Assembly: GCA_951406725.2 (NCBI GenBank)
Contig: OX597831.1
Location: forward strand, 42,656,001-42,720,000
Reading direction: 5' to 3'
DNA length: 64,000 nucleotides
Origin: Octopus vulgaris
Taxonomy: Eukaryota
Shown: piece after piece, positions 49,828 to 63,467 of the stretch
Layout of the letters: the number at the start of each line of letters is the position of its first letter
How positions within the stretch are numbered: the first letter of the stretch is position 1
Translations under genes and position numbers: made by a program
The notes under the pieces: generated by a model
What the model saw: the letters and a program-made list of their open reading frames with translations, nothing else
What the model was told of the DNA's origin: nothing
Database searches by the model: none

Positions 49828-51929
49828 GTCTGTATGTATTTATGTATGTATGCATGCCTATATACACGCACAAATATGGTTGGTAGACTTGGGTAAATTA
49901 ATTCACCGTGTCTGAAGATAAATATGCTCTACGGGAAAAACGTATTTGGATATTATGTATTATTTCCAGCATTAACTGCATAATAGATTCCAGATTTTCT
50001 TATCAGGTTGCAGATAAATGCTCTGGAATATCGACCCACACACGTAGCTATCGATTACTGCTTATTACTTTGACGGATATTCCTAGAGACTTGCTAACAA
50101 AACACTGCGTTTAAAACACAATGGCCGAAAGCATGGCTATGTGGTTAAGAAGTTCTGCTTGGAACCTTGCCGGTAGGGGTTGTGCCACCGACAGGGGAAG
50201 AGGCACCGTTGGGGGGAATTGTGCCGCCAACGGTAGAATTGACTACCTCGAACCCGGAGGAAGAGGAACTATTCGTCTTCTTCTACAGAGGCGGAGAGGT
50301 AGAAGAAGTTGTGGAAAAGCACCATAAGGGAGTACCTTTAACCTTCACACAGGATCCCGAATGGCCTCCGCAGATAGCTGTGGAGGTCATAACGTTGCCC
50401 GTGACGTATAGGCTGCAGGGACTCAATGAGGAATATCGCTTGTGGCCGGGCGACGCCGGCTTGGTCTTGCCTTGGTCTTGAATGAGGCGTGGGGGATGGC
50501 GGAATATAAGAGCACAAGCGATGTTGGGGAGGAATAGTGACAAGAGGTTGAAAAGCCTCAGTGTTATAATGTTTATTGCATGTTATTATGTTTTTGAGGC
50601 TTAACGCCCCAATTCTTAAATGGAAAATTAGTTAAAAAATTGTAAAACTGAAGTAAGTGGTTCATTACCTTGTTTTGTCTTTTTCTGTGAAAAAAAAAAA
50701 GAGAATAATGTTTTAGAGAAGCAAAAAATCGGCGGGCGTTTTTTGTCTTCTCCCATTAATATCATCCGTTTCATCATTCAACTCATCAATGTCTTTGTCT
50801 AGCCCGCAAGCTTTATGGCAAAATGTTTGAAATAAAGAAGTTCTGCTTGCCGCTTCGTGGTGTCTGTTTCGATAGCTCGAACCTACTGCACGGCACCTTA
50901 AGCACAATGTCTTTTTGTCGTAGATGTGTATCGAGAAAAGCCCTGTGAGTGAAATTTTTGTAGAGCGGACACTATTTGGGAACCTTTCATATGAACAGCT
51001 TCTGTCATTTGGTCGAAGACGTAGTCTATCGCCCGGTTTAACACCATCATTTGGTCCTTAGTATATTTTTTTGGAGGGGAGGGGGTCTACACTTTTACAC
51101 CCATTTAGATCTCCGATTTGAGGATAACACCTTGGTATCCTCTTTCCGCCCCTCCTCACACCGCTACCATTATAGAGAACCTGAAGGGGGGTCAGTGGGT
51201 TGTTGGGTTCTTTACGTTCCTGTAACTTAGAGGATCGATCACAGACACCGATACAGTAAGTACTAGACTTAAAAATAATAATGAGCAATGGGGTCAATTT
51301 GTTCGAGTAAACCTTTCAAAGTGGTGCCCCAGCATGGCCACGGTCCAGTGACTGAAACAAGTAAAAGATAAAAGATATGCTTGCATGTATGTATGTATGT
51401 ATGCATGTATGTATGTATGTATGTATGTATGTATGTATGTGTGTAGGTGTGTGTGTTTGTATGCATGCATGTATGTATATATGTATATATATATGTATAG
51501 GCCTATATATAACTATATATGTGTGTATGTCTGTGTGTATGTACATATGTATGTATATATGTGTATATGTGTGTATGCATGTATGTGTGTCTATATGCAT
51601 GCATGTACGTATGTATATATGTATGTATAGGTGCTTATGTCTGTTTGTATGTATGTAGATATGTATGTGTATCTGTCTGTCTGTTTGCATGTCTGTATGT
51701 ATGCGTGCATGTATCTATGTTTGTATGTATGTATGTATGTATGTATGTATGTATGTATGTATGTATGTATGTATGTATGTATGTATGCATGAATGTATGT
51801 ATGCATGTATGTACAACCCTATATGTAATTCTATATATGCATGTACATCTGTGCGTATGTATGTACATATGAGTGTATATGTCTGTCTGTCTGTATATAT
51901 GTATGTATGTATGTGTGTGTCTGTGTATG

Positions 51930-51963
<34 letters not shown>

Positions 51964-52565
51964 TGTATGAATGTATGTATGTATGTATGTATGTATGTAT
52001 GTATGTATGTATGTATGTATGTATGTATGTATGTATGTATGTATGTATGTATGTATGTATGTATGTATGTATGTATGTCTTTGGCGTAAGTAAGATCTCT
52101 GAATGTTAATATCGATCGTATTATATTACATAATAACGCACAGCAGTATCCGTGATAATTCCGAAGTTATTTCGAAAACTAAGATTGGTGGCAGTTTACA
52201 AAAATCCCCGATATTCATAATTTCTTTTGAAATAGCATTTTTTCCTCGCTTTCTGAAGTGCTTGCTTCTTGAGATGGTGTAAAATCTACAAAGCTAATAC
52301 AGAAGGTGTTGTCATAGAAGACGGCACGTATGAAAACTATATTCTTTCTTATACACTTGTCACCTCTTCTATCTTTAGAGACTTTATCTAATATTTATCT
52401 CTGTATTTTAAGAAGCAAACGATCTTAACTACAGAACAATATCGAAGATATAATCTGTATATATAATATTGTTTTTCTATGGTACGATAAGGTTGGTAAC
52501 GTTTGAACAAATTGTAATATACCGTACTCTCTCTATATTTTCAGAGAAAAGTGCATAGAGCTTAC

Positions 52566-52623
52566 CTTGAACCTATAGGCCTTGTGCATCAAGCACTGGA
52601 GGGGAGACACTGAATTATAGATT
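52566..52623 (-). other. Candidate non-coding 5' UTR exon of the neuropeptide gene (58 nt)
   Basis: Minus strand reads TTTTTTGGTTAACGTCTTTTAG|AATCT...GTTCAAG|GTAAGC, with a strong acceptor and a consensus donor in unique sequence. The exon at 41750 has an acceptor, so an upstream exon is required. Confidence 0.5.
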
Positions 52624-52676
52624 CTAAAAGACGTTAACCAAAAAAGTATCACGTACGCACACACACATTATATATT

Positions 52677-52764
<88 letters not shown>

Positions 52765-52793
52765 CCTACCTACCTACCTACCTACCTATCTAC

Positions 52794-52832
<39 letters not shown>

Positions 52833-52931
52833 CCTATCTATCTATCTCTATCTATCTGTATATATATATATGTGTGTGTGTGTATGTGAGTGAGAGAGAG
52901 AGTGAGCGGGAAATAAAGAGAGAGAAAGAGA

Positions 52932-52962
<31 letters not shown>

Positions 52963-53822
52963 GGGGTGATAGAAAGAGAAATTAAGAACAAAAGTTGAAA
53001 ACACAATATACGGAACAAATAATAATATTCTCCTCATCAGCTGTGCATCTAAGGATCACTTCGAGTTAGGAGCGATTCTTAGATAAACGCCTTAGAACAG
53101 TATCAATGATTCTCACGTATCAATGAATTTTAGATACGTATGTTAGGGATTAATACAGTAAAGAGCCGACACAAAGGACACGAGAAAATATAGAGTCGCT
53201 AACAGCGAAAGGAAAACAGTCTTTTTTCGACGAAAATAAATTGAAACGACATAAGGTAGCAATGCACATGACCAGTACCGAGCGGGAAATATCAAATGTT
53301 TGGAGATAGAGAGAAGACCTTGAACAAGTAATAGTAGCAGAAAGATGCTGGAATTGGTGTCATCACTAAAAGAGCTGAAATCGAAATGAAAGCTAGAAGG
53401 CTAGAGTGGGAGTAAGAAATGAAAAAAGATGCTCCATATTGAGAAATGGAAAGCAACAGTTGAGATAGAAAGGTGGTGGAAAAATGAACGGGAGTAAAGG
53501 AAGTTACAGTCATTTAAAAAAAAATACTATATTTAAGAAGATATGACTGTGTCCGTTGGTATTGTAAATGGAAGAAATTAGACTGAAACAATAAAAGCAT
53601 ATCACTGATGAAACGAACGAAGAAAATCCCCCCATTAGCTGTTTATCTAGAAATCAAGGCCACACAGTCACTGGTAGTTTCATCCCAAGTGAGAAACCTT
53701 TTACTGTCAGACATTGAATTTTGTGAAGCATGCCCGCCATAAATTTGTCACTTTACAAATGTATCGAGTTCTCTCTTTAAAGGTTGTCTTGTTTAGTACA
53801 CACACATACGTGCGTGTGTATG

Positions 53823-53856
<34 letters not shown>

Positions 53857-54377
53857 TGTATGTATGTATGTATGTATGTATGTATGGATGGATGGATGTA
53901 TGGATGGATGGATGTATGTATGTATGTCATTATTTAGTTTATTTCAAAATTTCTTGCCAGTAGAGAAAGAGCCGGTTTCTGACCTAGATCCAAGGCTCCT
54001 TCATTGGAGTTTCAAGAACATCGTGTACTTTTGTATTTATTAATGTATGTATGTATATGTGCAGTTTTGCATATACTTGCATATCTAGACATGGTCATAT
54101 ATACTTAAATGATAAACTTCTGGAAAGTTTTACAGATTTTTACAGTTCTAGTGATTAGTTTGGATCAGTAGTTTTCGAATCAGCTTTCTCCTTTTTGGTT
54201 TTGAGAGGTCAATTTTCTCAAGACTGATATTTAGGCAGTGTGCTACATGTCCCAGTGCTCCAGTAATTACAGGTATAAACCTGAACTTGTAACCTGGACA
54301 GAGTAGCTATGTATGTATGTATGTATGTATGTATGTATGTATGTATGTATGTATGTATGTATGTATGTATGTATGTA

Positions 54378-54431
<54 letters not shown>

Positions 54432-54640
54432 GCCAGTTGACACAAGTCTAGAATACTGCGTTAACCACGTGACCTGTTTGTTGATACAGAACTAATGTTT
54501 GATTAGTTAATTGTTTGTTACATTATTTTACGGTTGGTTGGTTGGATGGTTGATTGGTTCCTTAGTTCATTAGTTATTTGACTATTAATAACAGACAGCA
54601 ATATTATTGATGTGATTTAATTAGTATTTTTCCGCCACTT

Positions 54641-54672
<32 letters not shown>

Positions 54673-54702
54673 ACACACACACGCAAGCCCTCATACAGAC
54701 AA

Positions 54703-54790
<88 letters not shown>

Positions 54791-54896
54791 CCTGTCGTGT
54801 CAGAAACTATCAAGCATACACGCTCTCGTTCATTCGCAATCACATTTTGCCTGTTTGTATGTCTGTCGGCTTGTCTGTCTGTCGGCCTGTCTGTCA

Positions 54897-54930
<34 letters not shown>

Positions 54931-55541
54931 GTGTGTGTCTCTCTCTCTCTCTCCCTCTCTCTTCTCTTTCTCTCATTCAATCATACACACACTTCCTTTC
55001 TCGAATGTACATTTACATGGTTTTTGTCTATCTCTCCCTCTCACACACACAGATGTTCTCTCTCTCTTCCACACTCTCTCCCTCTCTCCCTGCATCTCTC
55101 TCTCTCTCTCACACACACACACGCGCACACACACAAACATGCGAGGATTTTTTTTCTATCACATACAAGTACACACGCATACACAAGCTTTGTCGTTCAT
55201 AGACATTCACAGTCTTTCTGTCTGTCTGTTTCTCTATCTCTCTGTCTCTCACTCTTTCGTGTACCCACTTTCTCTTTCTCTCTTATATATACACATACAG
55301 GCTTTCTATCTCTCTCCCCCCTCTCTCAGATTATACTATATCTATCTCTCCTATTCACAGGCACTCGTACATATATACACACTCCTACAGATACAAATCC
55401 ATACATACACTCTTTCTCATCCTCTTTCTTACTCTCTCTCTCTCTCTCTCTCTCCTATCTCTCTCTCTCTCTCCCTATCTCTCTCTCTCTCTCTCTCTCT
55501 GACACATACACATACTAAGACGCTACCTCTATCTATCTGTC

Positions 55542-55608
<67 letters not shown>

Positions 55609-55698
55609 ACACGCGCGCACACACTCAAAAAAAATCACACACAAAACTCACACTTAAGCACACAATCAAGACAACAAAGAAAGCGACAAAGAATGAGG

Positions 55699-55793
<95 letters not shown>

Positions 55794-55803
55794 TAGATAG
55801 ATA

Positions 55804-55835
<32 letters not shown>

Positions 55836-56869
55836 AAGAAAGTGTGTGTGGGGGGGAGACAGTGACGAGTCCGATGGGTAAACATCTGAGATAAATACTT
55901 ATCGATTTACAAGGCATTCATTGTCAGTTTCAACGAAGATCGATAGGTCGATACGTCGAAACATTTTACATAAACTAAATATCTTGTTAAGGAATCGATG
56001 AATAACAACACTGATGATTTACAATTTATAGCTATCGACTATTACATATCGACAGAGAAAAATAAGACAATTAGTTCTTGGTAGGACATGGTGCCTATTA
56101 ATGTCCATAAGATAGAGTGACGTAACTTTCAGATGTACTAAGTGGATCATGGTCATAGCTGGGTGGTTAAGAAGGTCAATTCGCAGCAACGTGGTTCTAG
56201 TTTGGCACCGTGGACATGATGAATTTCGTATACAGAAAATGAACGGAAGCCCGTCGTAACCCCACCACACACACACACACATATGTATGTGTTGAATTTT
56301 TCATAGGCATGGCATAAAAAAATAACCAATGTCTCAAAGGAGTGAGCGTCGTGGATCAATTCTTTAAAGTCAAGTTGAGCAATTATAAAAACCCTGGATT
56401 TGGGGGAAAACTTTAGTGTTTGTGGGATGTAACAAAACTCCACGACATTACGCCATATTACCAGCTACCACAAATTGGCGGTACTATTTGAAAATGGCTA
56501 CACGCTACATATGTATTTATGTATGCATACATGCATATATGTATGTAAGCAAACCTGCAAGCACATTATAAGACTATGTGTATGTATGTAAGTATATATG
56601 TATGTACGTATGATGCAAAAGACGGTGAAGTCTATGCTTCCCTGATGAGAACATAATAAGAGCGAAGCATGCCCTCCTTTAATCTCCTGTACTTGTCATA
56701 TTAATTAAAGTAATATAAATCATAAAAGCAATATCATGATCAATGCTGCTTTTCTTCTTATAATTTCTAGTTAGTGAATTATTATCTTTTTAAAGTTCCC
56801 TGAACTAACAATGTTAAATATTTAATAAGAAACCTATTCTTTCTAATTTAAGGTAAAAATCAACTCTTT

Positions 56870-57280
56870 CGGCGAAATGCTTAGCGGTATTTTGTCTGCC
56901 GTTACGTTCAGAGTTCACATTCCGCCGAGGTCTACTTTGCCTTTCATCCTTCCGGGGTCGATTAAGTAAGTACCAGTTACGCACTGGGGTCGATGTAATC
57001 GACTTAATCCCTTTGTCTGTCCTTGTTTGTCCCCTCTATGTTTAGCCCCTTGTGGGCAATAAAGATATAAGAATCGTTAGCACGCCGTGCAAAATGTTTA
57101 GAGGTATTTCGTCTGCCGTTACATTCTGAGTTCACATTTCGCCGAGGTTGACTTTGCTTTTCATCCTTTCGGGAGCGATTAAGTACCAGTTACGCACTGG
57201 GGTCGATGTAATCGACTTAATCCCTTTGTCTCTCCTTGTTTGTCGCCTCTGTGTTTAGCCCTCTGTGGGCAATAAAGAAA
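56870..57280 (+). mobile_element. Two tandem SINE family B copies
   Basis: The core and the tail GTTTAGCCC...GTGGGCAATAAAGA are duplicated. Confidence 0.85.
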
Positions 57281-57951
57281 TATAAATCAAACAGAGAAAT
57301 TTGTTCGACGACTTTTAAATTATTACAGCATCACCACCTCCCCACCTATATGTGAACACTAATGTAAGAGGGCATGTCAGAGATAGAATATACACTTAGT
57401 TGCGTAGAGGTTTTTTTAATGCACAGTGAATGCATATTCAACATTTATGACATTGATGAAACATATTTAGTTTTACTGACAAATTCTATTTATGCTTTGC
57501 TGAAAACTCTATTTAGTTTTCCCGAAAAAACATTGCCGAGAATATATATTTAATCTTGCTCAAAAACATATTCAGTTTTACTGAAAAAGAACAACAACAA
57601 CAAAATTATTGGTTTTACTAGGGAAAAAAAAGCTATTCAGTTTTACAAAAATATATTTAGACTTGCTTTCCGCTTCTAAAACGGGAATTTTCCACTCTGA
57701 TTAAGGCTTTGAGGTTTTTTGGAAAAAAAAAAATTACGACGAATCGTGATGCAAGTGCACCAGTCACTCGATGATTTAAAACCACTGTGCTTCGGTGAAA
57801 TGGCGGCATTTATGACAACTGTTTACTTAGTAAAATAGTATTTTCAATCGCTGCTGTAGAAAATTGATTAATATAGATTAATATAGAAGATTTAATATTG
57901 GAGTAAGTGTAATGGAGTAAGTGGAGCAAGAGCACACACGAAAACGAAAAG

Positions 57952-57996
57952 TGTCGCTGAAGAGGTCACAGATGTGTGACGAAAGATTTCCGGACA
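57952..57996 (+). ncRNA. Type-I hammerhead ribozyme, canonical core
   Basis: TGTCG-CTGAAGA-G-GTCACA-GATG-TGTGAC-GAAA-GATT-TC-CGGACA. Stem II is a perfect 6 bp, stem I is 5 bp with one bulge, and cleavage is predicted after C57990 (UUC). Confidence 0.7.
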
Positions 57997-58369
57997 ATGG
58001 ACATGAGTTAAAATAAGAACAGTGATAAACGAGTGAAGAACAAAACGTATATAGTATGTGTGTTTATTTGGCAAAAAAAAAAAAAAGAATGACCGTCCCA
58101 AAATACAACAATATTAATATTTTTGTCTAATATCAAGGCAGTGAGATAGCAAAATCGTAAGCACGCCAGACAAAGATGCTTACTGGCATTTCTTCCGGTT
58201 TTACGTTCTGAGTTCAAATTTCATCATGTTGACATTCCTTTCGGGGTCGATAAAATAAGCAGAAATTGAGCACTGGGAGTTGATGCAATCGACTGACCCT
58301 TCTACCAAATTTTCAGGCCTAATGACTTCAGTAGAAAGTAATATTTATCTCTTAGAATAACAAACCTTC

Positions 58370-58571
58370 GGTCTTTTACTTGTTTCAGTCATTAGACTGC
58401 GGCCATGCTAGGACATAGCCTTGAAGAATTTTAGTCGAACGAATCGCCCCCAGTGCTTATTATTTTTTGGTAAAGCCTCATACTTATTCTCTCGATCTCT
58501 TTTGCCAAACCACTAAGTTACAGGGACGTAAACCGGTTATCAAACAGTGCTGGGACACACACACACACTCA

Positions 58572-58646
<75 letters not shown>

Positions 58647-58785
58647 GACGGGTTTCTTCCAGTTACCGTCTACCAAATCCACCCACAAGGCTTTGACACT
58701 TGCCCAAGTTACAACGCTGTGGGATCGAACCTGGAACTAAGTGGTTGGAAATCGAACTTCTTATCACACAGCCACGCCTGCGCCA
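58370..58785 (-). mobile_element. SINE family A (degenerate)
   Basis: Family tail and head motifs on the minus strand. Confidence 0.75.
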
Positions 58786-59399
58786 TTTTGTTAGTTTTTT
58801 TTTTTTCGCTGACAGTTAAACGGTCTGTAGAGAATTGGCACTATAGATAGACAAGAGTCCGTCTATGATCACATTACAAGAAAAAAAAAAAACATCGGAT
58901 AAACGTTAAAAAGACTCCATGAATTTCTAAAATTGGTTTCTTCTTTTATTTCTTCCTGCTTTGTAATCCATTTCCTTAACTGATAATCTAAGCAAACACT
59001 ACTTCGTTTAGGATCACTGTGTTTTTGTTACGGAGTAATGTAAACAGCTCTTTCCAGCGAAAAAAAAATACGAATAGAAAAGCTTTCAAACGATAGGGTT
59101 ACGAAACTATGCATCAGCAAAAGAATGTGTGACTGATGTTATGTTTACAACGTTTGCAGCGATTAGTGGATAAGTTAATTTAACATTAAGTATAGCAACA
59201 GAGATGCAATAAAAAAACAACGTCTTTGGAGTTTTTTTTTTTCACTCTTAAGTTTGCAGTCATTGTCAGCCATTTAAAAAATTTAATTTACTGCTTTCCA
59301 TCAGTTTATAAACTGTAAACCTATTCAAAAAATTATGTCGTAGAACAGAAGGAAGATCTCGTATGATGTGAAATTCAAACTAAATGTAATGGAGTAGAA

Positions 59400-59566
59400 T
59401 AGCAGTGGCTGTGTGGTAAGTAGCTTGCTTACCAACCACATGGTTCTGGGTTCAGTCCTACTGCATGGCACCTTGGGCGAGTGGCTTCTACAATAGCCTC
59501 GGGCCGACCAAAGCCTTGTGAGTGAATTTGGTAGACGGAAACTGAAAGAAGCCCGTCGTATATATG

Positions 59567-59609
<43 letters not shown>

Positions 59610-59810
59610 CTGTGTTTGTACCCCCTCTACCATCGCTTGACAACCGATGCTGGTGTGTTTACGTCCCCTAACTTAGCGGTTCGGCAATAGACACCGATAG
59701 AATAAGTACTAGGCTTACAAAGAATAAGTCCTGGGGTCGATTCGTTCGACTAAAAGGCGGTGCTCCAGCATGGCCACAGTCAAATGACTGCAACAAGTAA
59801 AAGAGTAAAA
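59400..59810 (+). mobile_element. SINE family A, well-preserved full copy
   Basis: GTGGCTGTGTGGTAAGTAGCTTGCTTACCAACCACATGGTTCTGGGTTCAGTCC head, (TA)(TG)n centre, and GGCGGTGCTCCAGCATGGCCACAGTC...AAGTAAAAGAG tail. Confidence 0.9.
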
Positions 59811-60129
59811 GACACACACACACATAGAAACACACACGAAAAAAAAAAAAGCGGGTGGGGAGCAATAAACTGGTGTTCAAAGGAAGCCAACTCCGAAATG
59901 CCTCGTCGCATTCTGTGAAGAAACTCTGAACTGCATTAGCTTCATTACTACGAAATGGAAATTAATCCGCAGGAATGGATTTTAGAACTTCGCTTCATTG
60001 ACTGTATTGCTTGTTACTCGTACTACTTCTCGCCTACGCGTTCTGCGTATCACTAAGGAATTGGGACGAATTGAAGGCATCAAACAGTTGCTGCACCTCG
60101 CTTTATGAACCGACATGATTTGTACTGTT

Positions 60130-61432
60130 AATTCTTATTCTTTTACTTGTTTCAGTCATTTGACTGTGGTCATGCTGGAGCACCGCTCTCAAGGGTTTTA
60201 GTCGAACAAATCGACCCCAGGACTCATCTTTTGTTAAGCCTAGTATTTATCCTATCGGTTATTTTGGCCGAACCGCTAAGTTATGAAAACATAAGCACAC
60301 TAACATCGGTTGTCAAGTGATGGCGGAGGGACAATTACAGACTCAAAGACACACACACTAGAAAAAAATTCTTCCCAAAAAAGATTTCGTAAGAGCTTTT
60401 TAAAAAATAATTTTTTAAAAATTACCTTTACACTTCAAAAACTGTATTAATTCTCATAAACTTTGGTATACATATATATATATATATAGTAGAAATATGT
60501 TACGAAAAGAAAATATAAAATACACGTGGAAATGTAAGAGTAAAATATGAAAAATCAACGAAATTGCACATTGCAAATAAAAAAAAAGGCTATTTATGAC
60601 AGGTAACGACAAATATATACATTTAGATAGACTGAGGTAGTAATACGAGTCATAAAAGTCATTATTATGAGATGATTATAAGATGATAATAAAGCAAGAG
60701 AACAAAACGGACCATGGTTTACGCGAAGCTACTACCTCAGTCAATCTAAATGTATATATATATATATATATATATATACACAACAGGGTTCTACCAAATC
60801 CACTCACAAGTCTTTGGTCGGCCCGAGGCTATAGCAGAGGACATTTGCCGAAGGTACAGCACAGTGGGACTGAACCCGACACCATGTGGTTGGGAAGCAA
60901 GCTCCTGACCATACAGCTGCGCCTGCCACTAAAATGTTTATTTCTATATAAAACAGTTTATCGTTTACTTCTTTTATTCATTCATTTGTCTGCGGTCATG
61001 CTGGGGCGTCGCTTTGGAGGGTTTTAATCGAATAAGTTAGTCCCAACATGTTTTAAAAGCCTAGTACTTTTCATATCGGTTCCTTTCATCGAGCCCCTAA
61101 TTTAAGGTGACGTAAACAAATCAAATCCGGTTATAAAGCGATGGAAAGGAACTAACACAAAAACACGTATGTACATACACACACGCCCACATACATACAT
61201 ACATACATACATACATACATACATACATACATACATACATACATACATACATACATACATACATTTATGACAGGATTTTGCACAATGTCTGTCAACCAAA
61301 TTCTCCCACAATGCATTGGTCGACCCGGGGCTATAGTAGAAGACATTTTCTCAAAGAGCTGCGTAGTGGGACTGAGCTCGAACCCACGTGGTTGTAAAAC
61401 GAGTTTCTTAACCACACAGCCATGTCTGCGCC
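60130..61432 (-). mobile_element. Cluster of SINE family A fragments and copies
   Basis: Tail at 60140-60360, head at 60785-60925, and a degenerate full copy at 60960-61432. Confidence 0.7.
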
Positions 61433-61589
61433 TAATAAATATAATCATTGCTTTTCATCAGATTATAAACAAAATCTTATTGCCGAAGAGAAAAGGGGAA
61501 CTTATTTTATAACGTGAAATTCAAGGTGAGGTGTTACAGTTTGTAGTTACTTACATCGAAATGCTTTCATTAATATTCAATCAATCAAG

Positions 61590-61803
61590 TTGGCGAACTG
61601 GCAGAATCGTTAGCACGCCGGGCGAAATGCTTAGTAGTATTTCGTCTGCCATTACGTTCTGAGTTCAAATTCCGCCGAGGTCGACTTTGCCTTTCATCCT
61701 TTCAGGGTCGATAAATTAAGTACCTGTTGCGTACTGGGGTCGATCTAATCGACTGGCACCCTTCCCCAAAATTTCGGGCTTTGTGCCTAGAGTAGAAAGG
61801 AAT
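61590..61803 (+). mobile_element. SINE family B, full copy
   Basis: GGCGAACTGGCAGAATCGTTAGCACGCCGGGCG...GAGTTCAAATTCCGCCGAGGTCGACTTTGCCTTTCATCC...GTGCCTAGAGTAGAAAGGAAT. Confidence 0.9.
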
Positions 61804-62598
61804 ATTCAACCAATTCAGCTGCCGTCGTCGAACTGATATTTGAATCAGCTAAAATTCAATTGTTCAACCTGATAAAAAATAGCTACTAAATCTCCTTCAA
61901 ATCACATGTTACCGTCTGCAAAAATGGATGAGATGGGAACGGACATCTTGGATACAACTTTAATCCAGGATATGACATGTATGAACATAAGGGATGATGA
62001 TCACAAATGGAATGTTCGATGTGTTGCTAAACACTGAACGACATCGACGATAATAACAACAACAACAACAACAACAATGGCACTAACAATAATGTCGTCG
62101 ACGACGCAGACGACACCTGCAAATATATTGCTATCTTATTTCTCTCTCCAGCAATTTACGTATTAGCATCAAAATGTTTGGAAAAAACAAGTGAATCGAA
62201 GGAAGGACGTGAAGTTGCGTGACTCATCACACACATATCACGCAAACACGCATATACATATATACATATTCATACGTACTGACATATATGCATAAATGTA
62301 TGGATGTAAGTGTATGTAAGTATCTTCGTGTGATATGTATGTATGCATCCATCTGTGTGTTATGTTATGTATGTATTTATGTAGTGTACGGATATCCCAA
62401 TTCGATATCCACTATTAGACCTTGACAATCAATTTCCGTTCTCTCTAACGAAGATTCCTCGGCATTATTTAAAGTTACATTCATTGCTCTAAATCTGTGA
62501 GACGGAGCTTTTACCTACTTTCTTGTTTATTTTTTACCACTGACCAAAACGGTAATCTAAACCGAAGCCTATTTTATGCAAGCGTATGTCTCATTATG

Positions 62599-62898
62599 TG
62601 GAGGAACATGGCCTTGTGGTTAAAGCAGTGGACTCGCGGTCGAGGGACCGCGGGTTCGAATCTCAGATAGGGCGATATGTGTGTTTATGAGCGAAGCACC
62701 TAAGTTCCACGCGGCTCCAGCAGAAGGTAATGGCGAACTTCTGCTGACTCTTTCGCCGCAACTTTCTCTCACTCTTTCCTCCTGCATCTTGCAGCTGAGC
62801 TGCGACGGACCGGCGTCCCGTCCAGGTGGGGAACCTATACGTCAAGGAAACCGGTAAACCAGCCCTATGAACCAGGTGTGGCTCGAGAAGGAACAAAC
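62599..62898 (+). mobile_element. tRNA-derived SINE (fourth family)
   Basis: CATGGCCTTGTGGTTAAAGCAGTGGACTCGCGGTCGAGGGACCGCGGGTTCGAATCTC gives A and B boxes. It continues into a non-tRNA body ending GGCTCGAGAAGGAACAAAC. Confidence 0.75.
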
Positions 62899-63427
62899 AT
62901 ATCTCACTATATGGAGGTAGCTTGGCCGACTAGTTCGGGAGGTCGCTTTTCAATCTTGAAGTCCCTGGATCGATACAACTGCACAGTACTTATGGTAAGT
63001 ATATTCTGTCTTTGACTTGATTTATCCAAAGACTTGTGCAAAATATGGGCATTTATTTTCTTATTTTATGTCTTTTAATCAAGAGGGAAGGCAGTACCAA
63101 TGGCCCTTTAGATGGTAGGTGGGAGAGAGAGGATGGTACTTTCAAACCAGAAACCTGTCCCGAATGCTTGCAACCGAGTGGATACTATTAAAGGTACCAG
63201 GTGCACCCGACAGATGGAGCTCCATGGGTATTTAAAGACGGTCCATCTTGTACCCTTACACTGTTTTAACATGTGTTGATTTTCCTGTTGATCCAATCAA
63301 ACTGGAACAAATGGGACAATTATCTACGGAACCGACACAAAAACATCCTTGAACTCATCAAATTACGATCAAATACTGAGACAACACTGCCTGTCTGTCT
63401 GTCTGTATTTATTTCTCTCCATTTCTT

Positions 63428-63467
<40 letters not shown>

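Noticed and set aside
56630-56680. CTGATGA...GAAGCATG hammerhead-like motif
   Set aside because: Stem II does not pair, and GAAA and the NUH site are absent.
57460-57665. Degenerate ATTTAGTTTTACTGA repeats as a regulatory array
   Set aside because: Most simply an AT-rich decayed minisatellite; nothing in the sequence supports a function.
62599-62670. tRNA-like sequences (also 12090, 14400, 59400)
   Set aside because: They lack a complete cloverleaf and continue into SINE bodies, so they are SINE heads.
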